Shown here: positions 51,761 to 63,173 of the stretch, piece by piece
Numbering within the stretch: position 1 is the stretch's first letter
Layout: each line of letters begins with the position of its first letter
DNA from: Octopus bimaculoides
Taxonomy: Eukaryota
NCBI RefSeq assembly: GCF_001194135.2
Contig: NC_068989.1
Coordinates: forward strand, 50,450,901-50,514,900
Direction of reading: 5' to 3'
DNA length: 64,000 nucleotides
Made by a program: the position numbers and the translations under genes
Notes under the pieces: model-generated
The model's input: the letters and a program-made list of their open reading frames with translations, nothing else
Databases searched by the model: none
What the model was told of the DNA's origin: nothing

Positions 51761-52440
51761 CATATATGTCCTCTGATAACATATATGACATAAATCTATT
51801 AAAATGTCAAAAGTTTGAAATTACTATTAACCTATCCGTAAGAAAAGTTATCTAAATTCACTAATATATACATTACTGAAGTTATTGAGCTGTTCTTCAA
51901 ATTAATGTGAAATTCCTTTTATATATCACTTTATATGCCATTAATTTGCCCATATATATGTGTATGTGTGTGTGTGTGTGCATGCGTGTGTGCGTGTGTG
52001 CGTGCATGTATGTACATATATTCATACATGTGTGTTTGTGTGGACCAGAAAGGATTTGTTAGTCAATTTAAAATGTAGAATGACAATTCTTTTGAAGTTA
52101 AAGGTGCAGAAGTCGTTTCGCTGAAGTTTTCTTTCTAGGCCGATGCTTGGGTAATTATATTAAAGCGAACACCCTACTGAATAGAGAAAATTTTCAAAAA
52201 CATACGCAACAAAAAAGTCTGAACGGAAATTAGTAAAATGTTAATAAATCGTTGCTAAAATAGAATATATGTTTTATATTTCCTAGAAACAACGAATATG
52301 TTCGTTTGACAGAAATTGTAAATTTAGACGCTTCACAAAAGAAGCATCTCTTATTGGAGATAAGGTATACTAATGACAATATATCTAAGTGCCTGAAGTA
52401 ACCCGACATGACTTTTAATAAAATTACTACTACCTCCATC

Positions 52441-52441
52441 G

Positions 52442-52501
<60 letters not shown>

Positions 52502-52535
52502 TTACTACTACTACTACAATAATAATAATAATAAA
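52441..52535. repeat. (CTA)n-(AAT)n microsatellite
   Basis: Direct reading. Confidence 0.95.
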
Positions 52536-52539
52536 ATAG

Positions 52540-52987
52540 TAACTGAAGTCGTTAAATTAAATCATAAACTGGATGTCGGCAACTTAACCGGAAACCCTAC
52601 AGAGCTTGCTCTGTGAGGAGGTTTTTTCCTTGAATCACAAATGGGATGTCAGCGGCTAAACCGGCAACCCCACAGCGCTTTCTCTGTGATGATCGTGTTT
52701 CTTTGCTATTTGGTCACCATGCAGATGGAAAAGCAAAACCTGTTTATAAGTGGATGAACTTTGAGGAGTCAACGCTCTTTGAGCGTTAATTAAATACTGA
52801 ATGCATGGCTTGAGAAGCTAGGAATTATCGTCATATTGAGGATATTTCAGAAAACAACCTCGGTAGGAATTGTGAAAATTCCAAAGGAGGACGTTAGAAT
52901 GTTGAAGGGAAAGGAGTAACTCAAATGGGGTTTGGTCGTTTGATATAGCTGGCTCTTTTGGTATAGTGTCGTATAAGAGGAACGGCG

Positions 52988-52990
<3 letters not shown>
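52540..52990 (+). mobile_element. ~450-bp internally deleted R4/Dong-like mini-element (tandem 5' motif + last ~38 codons + 3'UTR)
   Basis: Two 73-bp-period repeats (52571, 52644); AWLEKLGIIVILRIFQKTTSVGIVKI.. at 52803-52920 resembles the RLE C-terminus. (AAT)n on both sides. Confidence 0.65.
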
Positions 52991-53057
<67 letters not shown>

Positions 53058-53562
53058 TAATAATAATAATAATAGTACNNNNNNNNNNNNNNNNNNNNNN
53101 NNNNNNNNNNNNNNNNNNNNNNNNNNNNNNNNNNNNNNNNNNNNNNNNNNNNNNNNNNNNNNNNNNNNNNNNNNNNNNNNNNNNNNNNNNNNNNNNNNNN
53201 NNNNNNNNNNNNNNNNNNNNNNNNNNNNNNNNNNNNNNNNNNNNNNNNNNNNNNNNNNNNNNNNNNNNNNNNNNNNNNNNNNNNNNNNNNNNNNNNNNNN
53301 NNNNNNNNNNNNNNNNNNNNNNNNNNNNNNNNNNNNNNNNNNNNNNNNNNNNNNNNNNNNNNNNNNNNNNNNNNNNNNNNNNNNNNNNNNNNNNNNNNNN
53401 NNNNNNNNNNNNNNNNNNNNNNNNNNNNNNNNNNNNNNNNNNNNNNNNNNNNNNNNNNNNNNNNNNNNNNNNNNNNNNNNNNNNNNNNNNNNNNNNNNNN
53501 NNNNNNNNNNNNNNNNNNNNNNNNNNNNNNNNNNNNNNNNNNNNNNNNNNNNNNNNNNNNNN

Positions 53563-53630
<68 letters not shown>

Positions 53631-53649
53631 TAATAATAATAATAATAGT

Positions 53650-54172
53650 ACATTGCCTATATCACGAACGAATGTTCTAGACTTGTCCAGAACCAATACA
53701 AGTTGTGGCGACACGATCAGGTAGCGAAAGTGTTACACTGGAAACTGTGCGAAAAGTGAGGGCTGCAGAGAACAAACCTCAGAGAGTAGAGGAGTAGGAC
53801 ACTAGGAAAATCCTCTGGGATTTCCCAAACTAAACATATCAGGTGCTAGAGCATAACAGACCGGATATAGGGGTGGTGGCAAGATGCACCACATATGCTA
53901 TATAGTTGAAGTGCATGCCCCTTCGACCCACGGATAGTCAAGATGGAAGGCAAAAAGATAAAGACAAAGCTTTTACGTACGAAATAGCCCGGCTATGGAC
54001 AGTATCAGAAGGCATCAAGGGGAATATAATGGAAAATGGTAATAGCCAGGAAAGTATTAGATAGCTGAAAAGAATGGATAGCGTGCTACCGTAAACAGCA
54101 GGTAACAAGCTCGCTACGCATGTAAAACGCCAAGAGCTCCAATAAGATTTGTGATAAAGAGAAATAATAAAC

Positions 54173-54175
<3 letters not shown>
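53650..54175 (+). mobile_element. R4/Dong-like 3' fragment, same subfamily as 39730-40600
   Basis: attgcc.atatcacgaacgaatg..acacga.ca.gtagcgaaagtgtt..ctggaaactgt is shared with 39955-40050. (AAT)n on both flanks. Confidence 0.85.
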
Positions 54176-54242
<67 letters not shown>

Positions 54243-54744
54243 ATTCAAATGTTTTGCCACAAGTGCAGCTACTNNNNNNNNNNNNNNNNNNNNNNNNNNN
54301 NNNNNNNNNNNNNNNNNNNNNNNNNNNNNNNNNNNNNNNNNNNNNNNNNNNNNNNNNNNNNNNNNNNNNNNNNNNNNNNNNNNNNNNNNNNNNNNNNNNN
54401 NNNNNNNNNNNNNNNNNNNNNNNNNNNNNNNNNNNNNNNNNNNNNNNNNNNNNNNNNNNNNNNNNNNNNNNNNNNNNNNNNNNNNNNNNNNNNNNNNNNN
54501 NNNNNNNNNNNNNNNNNNNNNNNNNNNNNNNNNNNNNNNNNNNNNNNNNNNNNNNNNNNNNNNNNNNNNNNNNNNNNNNNNNNNNNNNNNNNNNNNNNNN
54601 NNNNNNNNNNNNNNNNNNNNNNNNNNNNNNNNNNNNNNNNNNNNNNNNNNNNNNNNNNNNNNNNNNNNNNNNNNNNNNNNNNNNNNNNNNNNNAATAATA
54701 ATGAATTCAAATGTTTTGCCACAAGTGCAGCTACTTTGGGGTAG

Positions 54745-54917
54745 GGGATAAATCGATTGCATCGGCCCTAGTCTTCAGCTGGTACTTATTTTATCGACCC
54801 CGAAAGGATGAAAGGCAAGTCAACCTCGGCGAAATTTGAACTCAGATCGAAACGACAGGCGAAGTGCCGCGAAGCATTTCTTCCAGCGTACTAACGATTC
54901 TGCCAGTTTGCCGACTT
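54745..54917 (-). mobile_element. SINE family B
   Basis: ggtacttattttatcgaccccgaaaggatgaaaggcaagtcaacctcggcgaaatttgaactcag..ctaacgattctgccag. Confidence 0.85.
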
Positions 54918-55019
54918 ATGATGATGATGATGAGGATGATGATGATGATGATGATCATGATGATGATGATGATGATGATGATAATAGTAATAAGTAACAT
55001 TTCAACAATCGTTGAAAAC

Positions 55020-55760
55020 CTCAGTGCTCAATGCAGAGACTGAAAGATTATTAATTACAGCACTAGATCAAAGCCCCACCACCAGCAACCATCAGAGACA
55101 CAGCATGAAAAAAAAAATATACAAGTGGCTGCAGAATATGTTGCGATGGTGAATAAACAATAAATCATACTCTTTCTGGTTGCTCAGTCATGGTTAAGAA
55201 GGAATATATCAACGAACATGCCAGTGTTGGGACTTGTATACACTGGAAGCTATGCCAACACTAGGTAAGGTTAACAGAAAAAATATGGCATACGACTATC
55301 CCAGAAAAGGTCTCAGAAAATGACAAAGGAATCATGCTCTGGAATATTCCAATACACACAGATAGAGAAATCAAAGGTAATAGACTGCATATAGTTGTCA
55401 GAGATCATCAAGAAAGAAATGCCTTCTAATCGATGCATCAATTCCAACAGATGGCAATGTATTTCTAAATGAACCAGAGTAAATCTCGAAATATAAAGAC
55501 CTGGAAATAGAGATAACGCGAATGTGGAGCTTTAAAGCAAAGACGATCCCCATTATAATAGGTGCATTAGGTACAATAAAAAAACATACAGACAAAAGCA
55601 TAACCAAAGCACCAGGACTTACGAATGTTTATAACATACAGAAAAAATACTATTAGGTATCGCCATATACTATGTAAAGCACTTTCGATACAGGGAAAAT
55701 AAGAACACCAAAACAGTATGGTACTGCAGTGAAAGTACTGATATGAATAAGACAAATTTA
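55020..55760 (+). mobile_element. R4/Dong-like 3' fragment (CCHC + RLE)
   Basis: AETERLLITALDQS..CRIC..TINH..SGCS..IHWKLC..MLWNIPIHTDREIKGNR..LIDASIP..KYKDLEIEITRMW..TIPIIIGALGT; followed by (TAC)n/(AAT)n. Confidence 0.9.
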
Positions 55761-55847
55761 TACTACTACTACTACTACTACTGCTACTACTACTACTACT
55801 ACTACTACTAATAATAATAATAATGATACTACTACTACTACTACTAT

Positions 55848-55883
<36 letters not shown>

Positions 55884-55954
55884 CACTACTACTAATGATG
55901 ATGATAATAATAATAATAATATATGAATATATGTGTATCTATATCTATATATAT

Positions 55955-56061
55955 GGGAGAATATACAAAAAATAACAACAGACGAGGACAGGTGGTGTAA
56001 ATAACAAAAGTATATATTAGTATGACGCTCGGGAATACGGAAAGTCTTTGACGTTTCGAGC
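55955..56061 (-). repeat. Second copy of the Penelope-type terminal repeat (hammerhead 3' half, gctcgaaacgtc; remainder lost in gap)
   Basis: Reverse complement aligns with 22950-23052. Confidence 0.45.
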
Positions 56062-56337
56062 TATCTATATATATNNNNNNNNNNNNNNNNNNNNNNNNNN
56101 NNNNNNNNNNNNNNNNNNNNNNNNNNNNNNNNNNNNNNNNNNNNNNNNNNNNNNNNNNNNNNNNNNNNNNNNNNNNNNNNNNNNNNNNNNNNNNNNNNNN
56201 NNNNNNNNNNNNNNNNNNNNNNNNNNNNNNNNNNNNNNNNNNNNNNNNNNNNNNNNNNNNNNNNNNNNNNNNNNNNNNNNNNNNNNNNNNNNNNNNNNNN
56301 NNNNNNNNNNNNNNNNNNNNNNNNNNNNNNNNNNNNN

Positions 56338-56366
<29 letters not shown>

Positions 56367-56371
<5 letters not shown>

Positions 56372-56935
56372 TGACAGAAATAAATAGACACCCTCATAAT
56401 CATTAAAATTTATTTTAATATGAAATTATGCATTCAAATTATTTACTAATTGTTATAATGTGAATATTTAATATTTAGCAGACATGCCTTCTTCATTTTT
56501 CAATGCAAGGACCTTGTTATGCATGTTACTGATCAGATGGTGAATATTCTCTTACGGAATTTCTTGCCAAGTTTCATGCATTAATCTCAAAAGATCCGGC
56601 TTTTAAGATGCTTTCTTGTTCTTTCTAAAAAAAGTGGCCTATCCATTATGTCCCAGAAGTATTCATCCAACAAATCTTGGGTCATTTTAGCCGTGGGACA
56701 TGGAACCCCATCTTACATAAATAAAGAGTCTTCTATAATCATTTCACTACTGGAGAAGATTGGAAGAAGTCCTTTCTGCAATTTGGACACATATTTATCT
56801 GAGTTTATGTTACCCACACATTCCACCAGCTCTGACCAACCATTGCTCCAAATTGCTCCTCAGACCATGACAGAATAGCTGTCGTGTTTCATTGTTGGCT
56901 GCAATCTTTACACATCAAATTCTTGATCATAGAGT
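56367..56935 (-). mobile_element. Tc1-like transposon, family A, 3' part
   Basis: RLQPTMKHDSYSVMV*GAIWSNG.SELVECVGNINSDKYV..FM*DG; end motif gaaataaatagacacc. Confidence 0.8.
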
Positions 56936-57091
56936 CTCTAGACCCACACTCAACAAGTTAGATTAACATAAAACCATATTTTATGAGGTGTCTATTTACT
57001 TCTGTCGTGTATGTGTACACACACACACACACACACACAGATACATACATATCTATGCACACAAGCATGCGTGCACACACACACACACACG

Positions 57092-57143
<52 letters not shown>

Positions 57144-57825
57144 CAGAAACATACCAGGAACGAAGACTGTTTACACACTGTGTCAATAGCCATGACAATT
57201 GATAAAAATATTGTGTTAAACAACCCATTTTCACTCGTTGTCCATTTTCTTTAATTTCCTTTTCTTCTGCTTTTCTTCACATTTTCCGTTGCCTTCAATA
57301 CATATTTTCAATTTCCCTTGTGTACAAATATTTATTTATAGAACATAATAGCACAACTTAAAATAGTAAAACTATAATTGAACGCACATTTTCCGATATA
57401 TTTTTTACGTGAAGGAAATATATATAAACCAGGAATTACTAGTCTTTTTCTTTTTTACCATTGATTTGATTTCTCACAATAATATGCGATAATTTATGGT
57501 ATGATGTGGAATACGGAATAATTCGCAACGTGACTTTGAAACTCCACCATAATTGCGTATACTTCTTTAGATATGAGTATCGAAACCGTGTCCATTCGAT
57601 CTTGTTTTTCATTTTTCTTCATGAATGCAAATAGCATAATTCATATTACGTAGACAGAAATATATAAGTTTGGTGTTAGAGCCATTGAAAAATATACTTA
57701 AAAAAATGGGATTATTTTAGAATTATAGCTAACTACATAATGTAATGTATGCTACAGTCGCCTTGAACAGGTGCAGTTTCACTGCGTGGTACTTTAAACA
57801 TGTTTCGTACTATAAAATTGGGCTC

Positions 57826-58195
57826 ACTAAAGCCTTGTCAGTGGATTTGGTAGACGGAAGCTGAAAGAAGGCCGTCGTATATATAAATACATACATACAT
57901 ATATATGTGTGTGTGTGTGTGTGTGTGTCTATCTATCTATCTATCTATCTATAAGTAAAATAGCTTGTTATAAAATCTCAAGAAGAGATAGCATTGTAAA
58001 GTTTAGTAAACAGCAAAGCGAGTAGCCACGCCAAAGTACCAGATAAATGTTACTACTAGTTAAACCCCAGGCGGATTCTCTGCCAGCTGGTTTTCGGTGC
58101 AAGCTCTGCACTCTTTATGTACAATACATCGCTAGCAAAATTTGCACCGAAAACCAACTGGCGCAGAAGCCACTTTGACATGGCTACTCGCTTTA

Positions 58196-58250
<55 letters not shown>

Positions 58251-58560
58251 CATACATACATACATATATACGTACATGCATATATGCATGTGTGTGTGTC
58301 GGTGTGCTTGTGTTTGTGCGTCTCTGTGTGCCTGCCTTTGTGTTTGTGTTTGTCCCTCACCAATGCTTGACAAACAGTGTTGGTATGTTTACGTCCTCGA
58401 AACTTAGTGGTTTGCGAATGAGTTCGATAGAATAAATACATGGCTTAGAAAAATTAGGTCTTGGGGGCGATTTACTCGACTAAAAACTCTCCAAGACGGT
58501 GCTCCAGCATGGGCGCAGTGAAAATAACTGAAACAACTAAAAGATAAAGGATAAAAGATA
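57826..58560 (+). mobile_element. SINE family A split by an insertion in its central microsatellite
   Basis: 5' piece aaagccttgtcagtggatttggtagacggaagctgaaagaag; 3' piece tttgtccctcaccaatgcttgac..cggtgctccagcatgg..ctgaaacaa. Confidence 0.75.
58015..58194. mobile_element. MITE-like element with 23-bp outer and 21-bp inner inverted repeats
   Basis: 58015-58037 versus 58172-58194 (2 mismatches); 58082-58102 versus 58142-58162 (1 mismatch). Confidence 0.75.
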
Positions 58561-60192
58561 TGTACATGTAAATGGTTGTTCCATATTTAAAGGTCAGACA
58601 CTGTAAATTTACTCTGATTCAGGAAAAAGACAATGCAGAAAAGTCTACCCGTAAACACTTAACATTTCCAGGACGAATTGTGTTGTTTAGAAATTCAATT
58701 AATACCTCATAACAACACGCATAATGTTAATTCAAAGGGAATTAATACCTTTTCACAAAAATTCATTAAATCACTTGAAGCGGAGTACAAATGCAATACG
58801 ATGCTTAAAATAAACTTTCTTTCAAAGTTTTATAACAAAAAGATATCATAAAAATATCATTCTATGTTTTCATTACTTGACTAAATACTTAAAATGAAAT
58901 TTTTTTTAAAGTGGATGACCCTTAAGTCTTCTTCCATGTTACAGTTTTTACTTTGATATCTTAAGTCTTGTAGAAGATTTCCTGTATCAAAACGCTTATA
59001 TTTTTGTAAGCTTTCAAAATGCAGCTTCCATAGCATCAAAATTAATTCTATTCTTCCAAGAATCTTCCTCTATGAATCTTTCTTGAATTCCAAATCTGCG
59101 AATCACTTACAAACAAATCTTCTCCCAAAATAGAATACTTTTCTCGTCACATATACATCTGCCTTGTTTCATGGTGTGTTTCTTTTTATGAAGATTCTCT
59201 TATGGATTTTTGTTTTCATACTTTAATTCTTGACAACTGGGAAAGTGCGAGTGAGAGTAAAATCGTTTCTTTTGCTAATTTAGGTACATTATCTCTTCTA
59301 ATGATTGACTGATGGTAACAATTTATTCTTAAAATGCTAGTGTAATTGGTTTGTCGTGCTAAAAACGAATACTGAATTCCCTCAAACAATGAAATCAGTA
59401 AGATTAAGAAGAGACTGTAATGATCAAACTTTAGGCTTGCAAATAGCCCGGGGCCGTCATTAGGCATGTTGCATACCTTCCAGGCCTTGCTTGATATCTG
59501 AACGAAGAAACTTTGATTTCTCTAAGAAATATCGAAACTAATTTGAATATCACGGGGCAATGGATTCCGAGTTGATTAGCTAAAAAGTGCTTCTCTCATT
59601 TTGAATTATTGACGAAGTTTAATCTCGAAAATCATTATCAAGATTGCTTTTATGAAACATTAGCCCTTTTGGGCTGAACATATTTATAAACATAATATTC
59701 AGCTAAAATACTTGATGTATTGCACGTTAAAGGCAGCACCGAAGACTCTTGTTAAGAGATAATGCAAGTATTCACCAAATATTTTCTTTTCCGACTTAAC
59801 AGATGCGCAACAGGAACGCATTCTCCAGAAATCCCCTCGGTATTAGAAGCTGTGTTAAGGCATATACAACAAACACAACTTCTAATTTCCAGATGCATAA
59901 AGTATTGAAAATTTTATGGGCCATATGTTTATTACTTCAGTTGGGCACCTTTTTAATCACTGGCAGCTTTGTGTTATTCATTCAGGAAACCAAAGTTGGG
60001 AATATTTAAAGCATTTTATACATTACCAAATATACACGGCATGAGTTTACAATCCAGGTACACTTGAAGGTACTTTATACTGTAGCAGCTTTATCTCTTT
60101 GGTGTACTTGAAAATTCCATAAACCAGCTGTTCTGTTTATGATGATTCTTGTAGATCTTGCATTTAGGAAACTCTTAAAATTCATTTAACTA

Positions 60193-60605
60193 ACAGGCGC
60201 AAGCTTGGCTGTATGGTAAGAAGTTTGCTTCCTAACCGCATGGTTCCCGTTTCAGTCCCACTACGTGGGACCTCGGGTTAGTGTCTTCTACTATAGCTCC
60301 GGGCCGACTAAAGTCATGTGAGCGAATTTGGTCGACGGACACTGAAGAAAGCCCATCGTATATGTGTATATGTGTGTGTGTTTGTGTGCGTGTGTGTGCC
60401 TTAGTGTCTGCGTTTGACCCGACATCAACACTTTACAACCGTTGTTGGTGTGTTTACCGCCCTGTAACTTAACGGGTCGGTAAAGGGGGCCCATAGAATA
60501 AATACAAGGCTAAAAATAAGTCTTTGGATCGATTTCTTCGACTAAAGCCCACCGAAGCAGTGCTTCAACATGATCTCAGTCAAATGACTGAAACAAAGAA
60601 AAGTA
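60193..60605 (+). mobile_element. SINE family A, full-length copy
   Basis: Head ggcgca..tggctgtatggtaagaagtttgctt..ggttccc.tttcagtccc, central (TG)n, tail agtcaaatgactgaaacaa. Confidence 0.85.
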
Positions 60606-60629
60606 TAACTTGAGGATATTTCTGCCACA

Positions 60630-60827
60630 AATATTGGTTTAAAACTTTGACACAATGCCAGTCAATTACATCGACTCCAGTGCTCTATTGGTACTTATTT
60701 TATCGACCCCAATAGGGTGTAAGGCAAAGTTGACCTCAGCGAAATTTGAACTCAGAACTGAAAGACGGAATAAAAGCTGCTAAGTATTTTGCCCGGCGTG
60801 CTAACAATATTGCCAACTCACCGCCCT
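60630..60827 (-). mobile_element. SINE family B (left arm of inverted pair)
   Basis: Aligns with 54745-54917 and with the reverse of 60856-61060. Confidence 0.85.
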
Positions 60828-60855
60828 ATTGCTGCCGTTAAGATTAAATCGATCT

Positions 60856-61060
60856 AAGGCGGTGATCTGGCAGAATCGTTAGCACGCCGGGCAAAACGCT
60901 TAGCGGTATTCCACCCGTCTTTACCTTTCTGAGGTCGACTATGCCCTTCATTCCTTCGGGGTCGTTAAAACAAGTACCAGTTGAGGACTGGGGTCGATGA
61001 AATCGAATTACTCCATTTCTCGAAATTGCTGGTCTTGAACCAAAGTTTCAAAACAATATT
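60856..61060 (+). mobile_element. SINE family B (right arm of inverted pair)
   Basis: aggcggtgatctggcagaatcgttagcacgccgggcaaaa..gaggtcgact..aagtaccagt..ggggtcgatg. Confidence 0.85.
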
Positions 61061-61530
61061 AACTCGATTTAAGACCGCTATGCTTTTAGTGTATTTAGTA
61101 ACACGTTAGGGTATTAATCATTCATAAGAGGAGTTTGCTAGAGTTAAAGTATATTTGTATGAACTTACTTTCTTAAAGGAAGCTTATCTCGTACAATCTT
61201 CTCTAGAGGTTTAGTTACTAAGCAATTGAATCGTCTGTGGAGACTTTGTTATTGTAGGTAACTGTAGAATAAATAAATAAACTGCAATCATTTTTTAAGT
61301 AGAATATATTTACATAGACTCATAAATTTACATTACAGCCTAAATTTACAGGAATAAAAGTTAATTTTAAAATTTTAAAGAGATAATAGAACATCCAGCA
61401 CACTGCAATTATATTCTCACAAATTTATGTATATATTATATATTTTAAATAATATCAGCCTTTGCATCACATGCGTTCAATGCTAAAAATATTCAATCGT
61501 GTAGCCGACAATGAAAACAATTATATAAAA

Positions 61531-63112
61531 CTAGCAGAAATACCCGGCGTTGCCCGCGTTAAAGAGAATAATGAAATCTAAAAACGCCGTCTAGACTACG
61601 CATCATCTTTATATATAGAGATGTATATACACACACGCACCCAAACACACGTATATATATGTATATCAATATAAATATATGAAAGTCAATGAAGTATCGT
61701 AAAAGACCGTGATCATGTACATACTTTCTGCTGTTGTGATTATAACACCTCATTGTAAACTATGTTCCTTGTTTTCCCTTGTGGAGCATATACAAATAGG
61801 TTTTTTGTTGCTGCCCACTCTTGAGCAGCCAACATACAGTTGTCCATGTGAGAAGCAGGGCTCTTCCAAGAGAAGACCAGCTACAGACAGTGTTTGACCC
61901 TGATATTTGTTTATGGACATGGCAAAAGTCACACGAAGGGGGAATTGTAGTCTTCTGAATATAAAAGGAATGTCTGCTCCTGATGGAGTAAGAGGAATTC
62001 TTGGAATAAAGACGTCATCCCCTTTTGCACATCCAGAAAGAATGGTAGCCTCGATAACGTGTGACATCATTTTCTAAATAATGCTCANNNNNNNNNNNNN
62101 NNNNNNNNNNNNNNNNNNNNNNNNNNNNNNNNNNNNNNNNNNNNNNNNNNNNNNNNNNNNNNNNNNNNNNNNNNNNNNNNNNNNNNNNNNNNNNNNNNNN
62201 NNNNNNNNNNNNNNNNNNNNNNNNNNNNNNNNNNNNNNNNNNNNNNNNNNNNNNNNNNNNNNNNNNNNNNNNNNNNNNNNNNNNNNNNNNNNNNNNNNNN
62301 NNNNNNNNNNNNNNNNNNNNNNNNNNNNNNNNNNNNNNNNNNNNNNNNNNNNNNNNNNNNNNNNNNNNNNNNNNNNNNNNNNNNNNNNNNNNNNNNNNNN
62401 NNNNNNNNNNNNNNNNNNNNNNNNNNNNNNNNNNNNNNNNNNNNNNNNNNNNNNNNNNNNNNNNNNNNNNNNNNNNNNNNNNNNNNNNNNNNNNNNNNNN
62501 NNNNNNNNNNNNNNNNNNNNNNNNNNNNNNNNNNNNNNNNNNNNNNNNNNNNNNNNNNNNNNNNNNNNNNNNNNNNNNNNNNNNNNNNNNNNNNNNNNNN
62601 NNNNNNNNNNNNNNNNNNNNNNNNNNNNNNNNNNNNNNNNNNNNNNNNNNNNNNNNNNNNNNNNNNNNNNNNNNNNNNNNNNNNNNNNNNNNNNNNNNNN
62701 NNNNNNNNNNNNNNNNNNNNNNNNNNNNNNNNNNNNNNNNNNNNNNNNNNNNNNNNNNNNNNNNNNNNNNNNNNNNNNNNNNNNNNNNNNNNNNNNNNNN
62801 NNNNNNNNNNNNNNNNNNNNNNNNNNNNNNNNNNNNNNNNNNNNNNNNNNNNNNNNNNNNNNNNNNNNNNNNNNNNNNNNNNNNNNNNNNNNNNNNNNNN
62901 NNNNNNNNNNNNNNNNNNNNNNNNNNNNNNNNNNNNNNNNNNNNNNNNNNNNNNNNNNNNNNNATAGTGGAGGAGATATTATGTTGCCGTGTGCTCGAAC
63001 TCTGCAAGAAGTTAAACATTTTTTTGACTAAAACACAACTGGAACCCTAAGTAAGGCATATGTAAAATTTGAATGAAATTGGTTGCGTAGTTCTCGAGTT
63101 TTAGGGATTCAC

Positions 63113-63147
<35 letters not shown>

Positions 63148-63173
63148 CACATTCTCATTTTTATATATATAGA
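61531..63173 (-). mobile_element. Non-autonomous Helitron with both termini and a PIF1 helicase C-terminal fragment (middle is a gap)
   Basis: 5' A|TCTATATATATAAA at 63173; 3' hairpin cgggcaacgccggg then CTAG|T at 61534-61531. Coding fragment IPRIPLTPS..FRRLQFPLRVTFAMSINKYQGQTL..CFSHGQLYVGCSRV. (GACA)n lies near the 5' end. Confidence 0.85.

Noticed and set aside
52990-54732. Identical sequences flanking gaps (..aatgataataat..agtac at 53050/53630; gaattcaaatgttttgccacaagtgcagctact at 54241/54703)
   Set aside because: Same scaffolding-overlap artefact; not treated as TSDs or LTRs.
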